64,000 nt of DNA from assembly GCA_963663865.1 (NCBI GenBank), contig OY760686.1, positions 512,001 through 576,000 of the forward strand, written 5' to 3'. The notes beneath the pieces were generated by a model. The model did not search any database. It was not told where the DNA came from and worked only from the letters and a program-made list of their open reading frames with translations. Shown one piece after another: positions 51,346-59,517 of this stretch. This stretch comes from Spirochaetota bacterium. GTDB taxonomy: Bacteria > Spirochaetota > UBA4802 > UBA5550. The first letter of the stretch is position 1. The number at the start of each line of letters is the position of its first letter. The translations under genes were made by a program, and so were the position numbers.

Positions 51346-51442
51346 TGTGACATCGTGTCAGGCGCCCCTCTTCAAATCTCCTTGACACTTAACTGTGTTC
51401 TGATAGTATCTCTTTTAGCATTAAGGATACAGGGAGAAAACA

Positions 51443-51706
51443 TTGGGCGTTAACGAACTGAGAGCACTCATCTTTAAAGCCGTTGAGCAGCTGAATATGT
51501 ATGAGCTTTCGCCGACCGGGCAGAAGCTTGTAGCGCATTACTTCAACAGTTCCAGTGCGGAGACTACCTACCAGAGGGCGCTTGACGCAATTGAACGTTA
51601 CATCCCGGAGAGGCTCCCTTCTCCCGAAAGGCCCGCCTCCGCGCGGATTGAAGCTTTGCTTGCCGAACTCAAACGGGAAGCTGACAATATTGATTCTGAA
51701 GGATAG
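51443..51706 (+). CDS. Small hypothetical protein
   Basis: 87 aa, TTG start after AGGGAG, stop abuts the next start. Confidence 0.6.
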   Translation: MGVNELRALIFKAVEQLNMYELSPTGQKLVAHYFNSSSAETTYQRALDAIERYIPERLPSPERPASARIEALLAELKREADNIDSEG

Positions 51707-51707
51707 T

Positions 51708-52610
51708 ATGAAACCGACATTACTTATACTCGCTGCGGGAATGGGCAGCCGCTACGGAGGGCTCAAGCAGCTTGACAGCTTCGGTCCCTCGGGCGAGGCA
51801 ATTATTGATTACTCAATCTACGACGCGGTCAGGGCCGGGTTCGGGAAGGTGGTCTTTGTCATAAGGGAAGGTTTTTCTGAAAGCTTTAAGGCGGCTTTTG
51901 AACCCAAGCTCGCAGGCCGCATCGAAACCGCTTATGTCTATCAGGAACTCGACAGGATTCCCGAGGGGTTTAAGGCCCATCCTGAGAGGGTGAAGCCCTG
52001 GGGAACAGGGCATGCCGTTCTTATGGCCGCCGATGTCATTGACAGCCCCTTCGCTATTATTAACGCGGACGATTTCTACGGGAGACAGGCCTTTGAGGCG
52101 CTTGCGTCACACATGACTTCAGGCTCTCCCTCCAATGAGTACTGCATGGTCGGATACAGGCTTGCCGGTACGCTCTCAGAGAACGGTTCGGTTTCACGCG
52201 GGGTCTGCGTTACAGATGAAAGCGGCTATCTCACGGATATTACTGAGAGGACTGATATCAGACGGGAGAACGGGGGGATATTCTTTCACGAGGACGGAAA
52301 GTCATTTCCTCTCACAGGAAATGAAAATGTTTCAATGAACTGCTGGGCGTTTCAGCCCGACTTTTTTGGATACCTGAGCGAAGGCTTTCAGGATTTTCTG
52401 AAGAGAAGGGGGACTGAGCTTAAATCGGAGTACTTTTTCCCGTTCGAGGTTTCCGACAGGCTCCAAAGGGGACAGATTAAAGTCAGGGTGCTCCCGACTG
52501 AGTCCGAGTGGTTCGGCGTCACTTACCCGGAAGACAGGCCCGGTGTGGAGAAGAGCCTGGCCGGCCTTATCCGGAGAGGAGAGTATCCCGTATCGCTCTG
52601 GGCTTCTTAA
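51708..52610 (+). CDS. Sugar-phosphate nucleotidyltransferase family protein
   Basis: MKPTLLILAAGMGSRYGGLKQ, PWGTGHAVL, INADDFYG, WFGVTY. Confidence 0.88.
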   Translation: MKPTLLILAAGMGSRYGGLKQLDSFGPSGEAIIDYSIYDAVRAGFGKVVFVIREGFSESFKAAFEPKLAGRIETAYVYQELDRIPEGFKAHPERVKPWGTGHAVLMAADVIDSPFAIINADDFYGRQAFEALASHMTSGSPSNEYCMVGYRLAGTLSENGSVSRGVCVTDESGYLTDITERTDIRRENGGIFFHEDGKSFPLTGNENVSMNCWAFQPDFFGYLSEGFQDFLKRRGTELKSEYFFPFEVSDRLQRGQIKVRVLPTESEWFGVTYPEDRPGVEKSLAGLIRRGEYPVSLWAS

Positions 52611-54091
52611 AACCTCTTTGTCAGGCTTAGCCCGTAGAAGGGAGAGCTGTCTTCAGAAAATGAAAGGTATGGAAGCACTGTGAAGTCTTCCTGAATATTT
52701 TCGGCGGAGGCGATTCTGTCTTTGCTCAGTACCGCGTGTACAATCTCAACGATCTTTACCGCCCCGTAGACCGCCGCGATTTTGTAGCCGCGGTCTTTGT
52801 TTGTGCTGCCCCTGACGTATCGGCCGTCAATCAGCGTTTCGGGAGCCGAAAAATCACGGAGAGCGGCATAGACAAGTATGTTGTTCAGGTGGAAGTAGAA
52901 ATATCCCCAACCCCTGGAGCCGCGGTAGAAATGCCCGCCGCCTCCTGATACAAGTGAAAGATAGCCTGCCATGAAAGAACTGCCCGTGTAAGACTGCGGA
53001 GGCCCGAATACAGAGGCGTTCTGGAGCGACTGGTGCGCGAATGCGTCAACAAACAGTGATGTGCCTCCGGCCAGTAGCATGTACCATGCGAAGCGGTAGG
53101 CGGCCGCCCTGTGCAGGCTGATATCCTCCCCTCTGTCTTTGAGCTTTGAAGGCCTGTTGATGAAGCCGTCCGCTTCAATGTAGAGGTACGGTGACGCGTT
53201 TGCTGCCCACAGGGCGAGCCCTGTCCAGTCCTTATACTCATAGTGCCCGAAGAGCGGAGCGGCAACGGGCATCAGGGCGCTGCCGACGGGAGCGAGAAGC
53301 ATGGCTGCGGCGCTTCTTTCTATGGTCGGTCTGGAGAACACCATCTCATGCTTACGGCCGTAATAGAAGCTTTCAATTCTGTCAGCCCTGCTGTCGTGAG
53401 AAATGAAGATGAATCCACCAGGCTTAAGGATCGACGAATAATCTGAATGAACCCTGCCGCCGGCAATTTCAATATTGCCCGCCGGCGAAAAACCGGTAAG
53501 CCCTGAGATCGCATCGGGGGCTTTGATGAAGTACCTGTATGTTCCGTCCGGGACAGGCGGGCCGGATGAAGAAAGTGCTCCATCCACAGATATTTCCGCC
53601 TGCGTCCTGAGTTTCCTGAACAGTCCAGCGATAAACAGGGCCGCGTTCTCCTCGCATATACCGGCTGACTGATAAGTGGTGAGCCCCGGGGGCGTCTTAA
53701 GCTCGGCGCTGCGGGTGTAGACAGCCCGGCCGTTGTAGGGGAAGTCTGTCGAGTAGGCAGTCAGTCTCAGAAGCATGGTTTCGTCCATGTCTTCAAGGCT
53801 TCCTGAAATAACAAGGCTGATTCCGGCGTTTTCTGAAAAACGGAGAACACACTTCTCATCGGTGCAGGCGAATTTATTCAGCTGCTCCTTGAGGGATTCG
53901 GCATTAACAAGCTCATATATTCCGGCTGAGTCAAGGATGCTTCCTATATGAGTTCCAGTGTTAAGCGCGAAAGGCACCGCTCTGGGTGTTGCCGCCGATA
54001 TTCCGGTGAAGGCGGCCAGGGGCCTTGCGCTTGCTTCATATGATATGTTAAGCGCGGCTGCAAGCGCCGCGGCAAGAATTATCTTTTTCAT
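52607..54091 (-). CDS. Hypothetical exported membrane protein
   Basis: Signal peptide, SLVSGGGGHFYRG motif, AVKIVEIVHA, C-terminal Phe; similar to 39329..40804. Confidence 0.65.
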   Translation of the reverse strand: MKKIILAAALAAALNISYEASARPLAAFTGISAATPRAVPFALNTGTHIGSILDSAGIYELVNAESLKEQLNKFACTDEKCVLRFSENAGISLVISGSLEDMDETMLLRLTAYSTDFPYNGRAVYTRSAELKTPPGLTTYQSAGICEENAALFIAGLFRKLRTQAEISVDGALSSSGPPVPDGTYRYFIKAPDAISGLTGFSPAGNIEIAGGRVHSDYSSILKPGGFIFISHDSRADRIESFYYGRKHEMVFSRPTIERSAAAMLLAPVGSALMPVAAPLFGHYEYKDWTGLALWAANASPYLYIEADGFINRPSKLKDRGEDISLHRAAAYRFAWYMLLAGGTSLFVDAFAHQSLQNASVFGPPQSYTGSSFMAGYLSLVSGGGGHFYRGSRGWGYFYFHLNNILVYAALRDFSAPETLIDGRYVRGSTNKDRGYKIAAVYGAVKIVEIVHAVLSKDRIASAENIQEDFTVLPYLSFSEDSSPFYGLSLTKRF

Positions 54092-54179
54092 ACTGAGGAT
54101 TAATAAAATTCACGGCGGTTTCGTCAAGGAATAATCGGGAGGTCAGCCGAAGGCTGCCGTAAAGCAAAAAGGAATTAAA

Positions 54180-55061
54180 TCAGCTTTCACCGCTTTTCCC
54201 GGTTTCCCTATTTCTCGGCTTTCTGCCGTAAAGCTTCTCCGCGCATTCAGGGCAGATGCCGTGCGTGAAGTCCGCGCCTGTGTGAGTTTTAACGTAGTCT
54301 TCAAGACGGTTCCAGTACCCTTTGTCATCGCGTATTTTTTTACAGCTCGCGCATATTGGCAGCAGACCGCTCAGGGTTCTGACCTCCTCAAGGGCTTTTT
54401 TCAATTCAGCAATTGATGAATGAAGTTTTTTAAGAATAGGGTTGGTCAGCAGTATAAAAAGAAATGACGCGGCAAAAACAAGCACTATCGTTATCGAAGT
54501 CGTGATATACGATGCGCGCTTGAAAGGGATGGAAATGCTTTCCATTGACCTGTGTTTTACAATCGCTGTTTCGAGGGTAGGGATGTAGCTGTATGCGGAA
54601 ATGTACTCCATTCCTTTTCTGTCGGTCTCGTAGATTACTCCGCTTTTTCCCTCAAAGGCCAGCCTCAGGGGTTCCGGCATGTTTTCGTCGATGGGGATGG
54701 GGTCGGATTTGTCGAGTTCAGGGCCCTGCTTGAAGGCTATGAAGCGGATCATCCCGTCTGCTTTTTCCGCGATGATGAGCTGCTCATCCTCTTCGGAATA
54801 TTCAATCTGCGAGAGTGCGTTTTGTATCTGCCTGAAGGTGAGTTTCTTCCAGTCCTTTATGGAGTACATCGCCGCGTAATCGCGGTCGTGAGCGGCCACT
54901 GCCTCTATCAATCTCGCGTATGAATTTACGGTGTTGTACAAATGCTCTCTTTCATCTTCAATCTCGGAGGAATAGAGTATACCTATTGTTATAACCTTGG
55001 CAATAACGGTAACGCCAATCATGAGCATCACGAGAAGGAACAGCCTGAGCCTTGTGTGCAT
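54180..55061 (-). CDS. Membrane sensor (TM-Cache-like-TM) with C-terminal Cys/His motif domain
   Basis: Start MHTRLRLFLLVMLMIG after GAGGAG. The longer ORF-track call (to 55835) overlaps the next gene. C-terminal LSGLLPICASCKKIRDDKGYW...FTHGICPEC. Confidence 0.75.
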   Translation of the reverse strand: MHTRLRLFLLVMLMIGVTVIAKVITIGILYSSEIEDEREHLYNTVNSYARLIEAVAAHDRDYAAMYSIKDWKKLTFRQIQNALSQIEYSEEDEQLIIAEKADGMIRFIAFKQGPELDKSDPIPIDENMPEPLRLAFEGKSGVIYETDRKGMEYISAYSYIPTLETAIVKHRSMESISIPFKRASYITTSITIVLVFAASFLFILLTNPILKKLHSSIAELKKALEEVRTLSGLLPICASCKKIRDDKGYWNRLEDYVKTHTGADFTHGICPECAEKLYGRKPRNRETGKSGES

Positions 55062-55194
55062 TTGACTCTCCTCTTGGAAGCGGTTATGTACGCTCTGCCT
55101 CTGCGCTGTAAAGGTAATTATAACTGTTTGTTCCCGGATCGTCAAGCCCCCCGGACTACAAATCCAGGGGGGGACAGGCTGATGCAGAGCAGGT

Positions 55195-56337
55195 CTACTT
55201 AACTCTGTCGAGAACCGCGAGAGTCTCAACGTGAGGTGTCTGGGGAAACATGTCAAAGGCCTCGAAGGATTTAACTTCGTACTGATTGAGCCCCGCCAGG
55301 TCGTCTCGGAATGTTGCCGGGTTGCAGGACATGTAGACAATTCTGTCGGGGGCCTTTTCGTTAATGAGCGGGAGCATTTTCGGGTGCATCCCGGCGCGGG
55401 GAGGATCAAGGATAAGAGTGTCGTATCCGGCAATGCCGTCCCTGACGAACTCAGCAGCATCCTTTTCAATGAAATCAGCGTTTGCGGTACCGTTAAGTTC
55501 CCGGTTTTCGAGAGCCGACTCAACTGCCTCTGGAACAATCTCGACTCCGGTAACAGACTCTGCTCCGCCGGCGGTAAAAAGCGAAATGCTTCCGACGCCT
55601 GAATAGAGATCAAGCACCCGGCCTCTGACCTCTTCCCTGATGCGCCTGTACATCTGAAGGGCCACAGGCGAGTTGGACTGGAAGAAAGAATTAGGCGTAA
55701 TGCGGTACCTGATTCCGTCAAAGGACTCTTCAATGTAGTTTCGCCCGAACGAGTCGATGACCTCCCCGAAGCTCTGGTCCGCGAGTCCGTCGTTGAAGAT
55801 AATGTTGATCGAATCGGCATCATCGGATATTTCACTGATAATATCTCTCAGCCTGTTGTCCCGCGAAGCGGTAACGAAGCTTACCATTGTCTGTCCGGTA
55901 AAATACGCCTGTCGGAAAACCGCGTAACGCAGATAGCCTTTGTGCGACAGGTAATTGTAACCTTCGATTTCAGCGAGCATGGGTCTGAGCTTTTTATAAA
56001 GAGAGTTTGTTTTTGTCTGCATTATGGCGCATGATTCTACGTCAGTGACAAACCTGTAGCTTCCTTCCTCGCGCAGGCCTATCTTCCCGAAGGCGCATAC
56101 CATATCCATGCGGTTACGGTATACAAGGGGCTCAGACGGGTTGACGCTGTCAACAGAGAGGGCCCCGTCAAAAAGCCCGTTGATGTATTCTTTTTTCAGC
56201 AGCAGCTGGTTTTCGTAGGCGATGTCCTGAAACATGCAGCCGCCGCATTTCTCGAAGTGAGGGCATACAGGCGTGACGCCTTCGCCCCTGAAACGTTCAG
56301 CGAGGCTGTGAAACAGCTTCTTCTTTTTTTTCTTCAT
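55195..56337 (-). CDS. rlmD: 23S rRNA (uracil-C5)-methyltransferase, RlmD/RumA family
   Basis: CPHFEKCGGC Fe-S motif, SFFQSN, LDLYSGVG, LDPPRAG, YMSCNP, DMFPQTPHVE. Confidence 0.85.
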   Translation of the reverse strand: MKKKKKKLFHSLAERFRGEGVTPVCPHFEKCGGCMFQDIAYENQLLLKKEYINGLFDGALSVDSVNPSEPLVYRNRMDMVCAFGKIGLREEGSYRFVTDVESCAIMQTKTNSLYKKLRPMLAEIEGYNYLSHKGYLRYAVFRQAYFTGQTMVSFVTASRDNRLRDIISEISDDADSINIIFNDGLADQSFGEVIDSFGRNYIEESFDGIRYRITPNSFFQSNSPVALQMYRRIREEVRGRVLDLYSGVGSISLFTAGGAESVTGVEIVPEAVESALENRELNGTANADFIEKDAAEFVRDGIAGYDTLILDPPRAGMHPKMLPLINEKAPDRIVYMSCNPATFRDDLAGLNQYEVKSFEAFDMFPQTPHVETLAVLDRVK

Positions 56338-56408
56338 TGTGTCTCCGCGGTAAAAAAGTCAGAATGCAGGTTTTAACGGGAGCTGTAATGAGTAAAGAAT
56401 AATTTTTT

Positions 56409-58106
56409 CTATGCGTCATCATTATCAGGGTCAAACAGGACAAAGCTGTTTCTGCCCGTGAAGATAGCTGCCCTGTGGCCATCCATAAATGTATCCGAAA
56501 AGGTGCTTCCCGGTTCCGGCGTGAAAAGAAGAGAGCGCTTCAGCGAGGCCCTGTCGATTCCTTGCGGCAGCGGGCTTTCTTTTTTTTGGGGGGTGGATAA
56601 TGACCTGTAGCAGTCACGTTTCAATTTCCTTAGATGAGCGCCCTGAAGATAATCAGGATACCGGTTCCGTCCCGAAGAGAGGCCCCAGTCCCAGCGGAGG
56701 CAGTCGCGCAAGAAGGCCGCGTCGGGATTAATTGATTGCGCGTAAATAAGCAGGGCGCGGCCCAGCGATTCAGCTTCCCTGATGTTCATGCCGCTGTCAT
56801 TGTGTTTGTTAAGCCATTCGGCGATTGACATGTACATTTCGAAGGGCGAAGCGAAAAAAGGCAAAATGCCGCCGGTAAATGTTTTAAACCTTCCGGAGTT
56901 ATAGAGCAGATCAAGCGTGGATGAGAACCTCACGAGAGAGGCCATATCGTCTTCAGTCAGGACGGTGGTCGATGTAACAGGATACGGAGGTTCCTGCGAG
57001 TAACGAATTCCGAAGGAGGTAGCGCTTTCCCTCATCAAAGTGCCCGGCAGACACTTGAGTATCCCTGACTGAATGTGTTCGGCTCCGGTTGCGTAAACCC
57101 GGTTAAATCCGCTGCCGTATGATGCTATATCCTCAAGAGGAAGGCCGGCGATGAGGTCGACGTGAAGGTGAATATTGCCGGCTCGGACGAGGCGGCTTAC
57201 CGAGTTAAGCGTCTTTTCAGTGTCACCAGCGCGATGTACGGCTTTAAGGACGGCAGTGTTAAGCGACTGTATGCCCGCCTCAAACTGGAACAGACCGGGC
57301 GGCGCCTTCTCAAGAAGACTGAAGTCCTCATCGCGCAGAAGAGATGCCCTTATCTCAAAATGGAATGAAGTGCCTGATGTGCAATATCTGCTTATAATGT
57401 AATCCCAGATAAGCGCCGCTCTTTCAGGGTCGGCGTTGAAAGTCCTGTCGACAAACTTGATGAGGCGGGGGCCCTTTGACACGAGGAAGTCTATCTCACG
57501 GAAAACATCCGTTGTGTCACGGAATTCAAGCTGCTGGTCTGAGCGTGACGATAGGCAGTAAGCGCAGCGGCAGGGGCAGCCGCGCGAGGATTCATAGTAG
57601 ATGTACTTGCCGCTGAGCTTTGGGAAGTCAGAGTCCCTGTACGGGAAAGGTATCTGCCGGAAGTGCGCGTTCGGGCGCCTGATGAGCTTGTCTGTAAGGG
57701 TAAAACGGGAACGTCCAAGCTCTTCGAGGGCCGCTTCGCCCGCTCCCTGAATAATGTACGTTGCTTCAGGGAAAAGCGAGGCGGCTTCATCAGTGAAGCC
57801 TGCTTCGGGCCCTCCCACAACAATGGGCAGACCCGGTAAAGCGGAGCGGAGCATTCTTATCGCCTGCCCGGCAATATCCCTGTTCCAAATGTAGACCGAA
57901 AAGCAGACCGCTGAGGGGGACAGAGAAGCCGCCTCGGTAGCAATAAGGCCGGGCTCCTGCTTAATAGTGTATTCTTTTATAACGGGGCTGTATCCCTCTG
58001 CTTCTACCGGGCTTCGCAGGTACAGAAGAGAGGGGTTGGACTGGCTGTATCTTGAGTTTATGCCGATCAGCAGGACTGGTTTATTATCATTAATCTCGTC
58101 TTTCAT
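56409..58106 (-). CDS. B12-binding domain radical SAM protein (DUF4080-type C-terminus)
   Basis: FSVYIWN, GGPE, ESSRGCPCRCAYC, FVDRTFN, DLIAGLP. Confidence 0.88.
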   Translation of the reverse strand: MKDEINDNKPVLLIGINSRYSQSNPSLLYLRSPVEAEGYSPVIKEYTIKQEPGLIATEAASLSPSAVCFSVYIWNRDIAGQAIRMLRSALPGLPIVVGGPEAGFTDEAASLFPEATYIIQGAGEAALEELGRSRFTLTDKLIRRPNAHFRQIPFPYRDSDFPKLSGKYIYYESSRGCPCRCAYCLSSRSDQQLEFRDTTDVFREIDFLVSKGPRLIKFVDRTFNADPERAALIWDYIISRYCTSGTSFHFEIRASLLRDEDFSLLEKAPPGLFQFEAGIQSLNTAVLKAVHRAGDTEKTLNSVSRLVRAGNIHLHVDLIAGLPLEDIASYGSGFNRVYATGAEHIQSGILKCLPGTLMRESATSFGIRYSQEPPYPVTSTTVLTEDDMASLVRFSSTLDLLYNSGRFKTFTGGILPFFASPFEMYMSIAEWLNKHNDSGMNIREAESLGRALLIYAQSINPDAAFLRDCLRWDWGLSSGRNRYPDYLQGAHLRKLKRDCYRSLSTPQKKESPLPQGIDRASLKRSLLFTPEPGSTFSDTFMDGHRAAIFTGRNSFVLFDPDNDDA

Positions 58107-58177
58107 TATAAATGTATTTATCCGGGGGAAAGGGCAGTTTTTTCAAACAATTAAAATCAATAATTCAAAAAGAAGGC

Positions 58178-59335
58178 CTATTGCACAATCGTTTTAAGAT
58201 ATTCGCCCGGTGCGGTCCCCATTATTTTTTTGAAGGCCGAGTAGAAGGCCGACTTTGAATCAAAGCCGGATTTGAAGGCTATTGACAGGATGTTTGTCTG
58301 GTCTCCTGATGATGTTTTAAGCATCTCGATAGCGGCCCTGATTCTGTAGCTGTTGACAAAAAGGTAGAAGTTGCTTCCTGTCTTGATGTTTATTGCCTGT
58401 GATAAGTGATGCTTGCTCACGTTAAGCTTCTCTGCAAGGGCCTCAATCGTAAGGTCAGGGTCCATGAAGAGCTTTTCCTCTTCCATTTTGCTGCAGGTCT
58501 GGTTGAAAAGAGAGTCAACTTTGTCATCGTTAAGCCCGGCCTTTCTGTATTTAACACTTTTTGAACTCAGCCGGCTGTCTGCTTCTGTAAGGGCTGACTC
58601 GTTCTGTTTAAGGCTTTTATATCCTATAATGTAGAGAATTACGGTAAAACCGACAACAGGGATGAAAGCGGTATCTTTCCAAGGAATCTTAATAAAACCG
58701 GCAACTGTAAGAACAACTCCGAAGAAGTTTACAAGATAGTTAGGAATCATGAGCACTGACATCAGCAGGAGCCAGTTAAGCGACTTGTTCTCCAGAGATG
58801 AATGCGATTGAAGCAGGGCCTTTCTGTACTTCAGTATGCGCCGTATTGAGATTGTGATGTATATCATCATCTGAATCTGTATCCCGGGGACGCTCAGCAT
58901 TGAGCTTGCGGGAAGAGAATTACCGTCAGGCAGAACAGCTTCTCCGAATATTCTCGCTTTGATAATCAGTTCTTTCTCCTGTCCTGAAAGCATGTAGATG
59001 CCGAGATTGTCTAAAAAAGACAGCAGGGCGGTCGAAAAAAGCAGCAGGTGAACTGGTCTTATGCGAAATGTCCTGTCAATCATTGCTCTTATATAAAAGT
59101 AGAAGAGCGGCCCAAGGGCCATTGAAAGCGGCCAGTCAACGAGAAAGAGGTGAGGGAAAGGCAGCCTTATGCTGTATGTGACAACTGAGTTTGCCGCGAT
59201 TACTATGGCCTGTATGAACATGAATGCCGCGAGGATGCGGTTCGCGTATCTGTTCTTCCTGGAGTTGGCAAGAAGGAAGAAGAAAAAGAAACCCTGTGTT
59301 ATCCCGAGAAGCGCTATTGCTGAAGTTATGTTCAA
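58178..59335 (-). CDS. Membrane-anchored AraC-family regulator (paralog of 48914..50098)
   Basis: DWPLSMALGP, QIQMMIY and HTH IAFKSGFDSKSAFY all closely match the other AraC. Confidence 0.9.
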   Translation of the reverse strand: MNITSAIALLGITQGFFFFFLLANSRKNRYANRILAAFMFIQAIVIAANSVVTYSIRLPFPHLFLVDWPLSMALGPLFYFYIRAMIDRTFRIRPVHLLLFSTALLSFLDNLGIYMLSGQEKELIIKARIFGEAVLPDGNSLPASSMLSVPGIQIQMMIYITISIRRILKYRKALLQSHSSLENKSLNWLLLMSVLMIPNYLVNFFGVVLTVAGFIKIPWKDTAFIPVVGFTVILYIIGYKSLKQNESALTEADSRLSSKSVKYRKAGLNDDKVDSLFNQTCSKMEEEKLFMDPDLTIEALAEKLNVSKHHLSQAINIKTGSNFYLFVNSYRIRAAIEMLKTSSGDQTNILSIAFKSGFDSKSAFYSAFKKIMGTAPGEYLKTIVQ

Positions 59336-59466
59336 GCGTCATACTCCTTTTTTCGGGGTATTAGAACGTCTGCAGTTTACAAAACTGCCGAATGGCTCAC
59401 CGGTGTTTGAAGAGGGCTGTATCTCGGGCCGCATTTCCAATGCCGGCTGTTATCTTCGCATAAAGA

Positions 59467-59491
59467 GCCGGGGAGTTGAGGGCTCCCCGGC
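59467..59491 (-). terminator. Hairpin between GH3 #4 and AraC
   Basis: GCCGGGGAG-N7-CTCCCCGGC. Confidence 0.6.
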
Positions 59492-59517
59492 AATCACTAT
59501 TTTAGGATAGAAGAATT

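Larger units (their letters stand above)
42171..51350. other. Accessory region/island downstream of ychF
   Basis: Visibly AT-richer genes, flanking repeat clusters, an IS110-like gene and a TA remnant. No integrase or att duplication seen. Confidence 0.55.

Noticed and set aside
55062-55835. 551 aa ORF-track call 54180..55835
   Set aside because: Its N-terminal half overlaps the rlmD-like gene in another frame. The real start is most likely ATG 55061 with a GAGGAG RBS.
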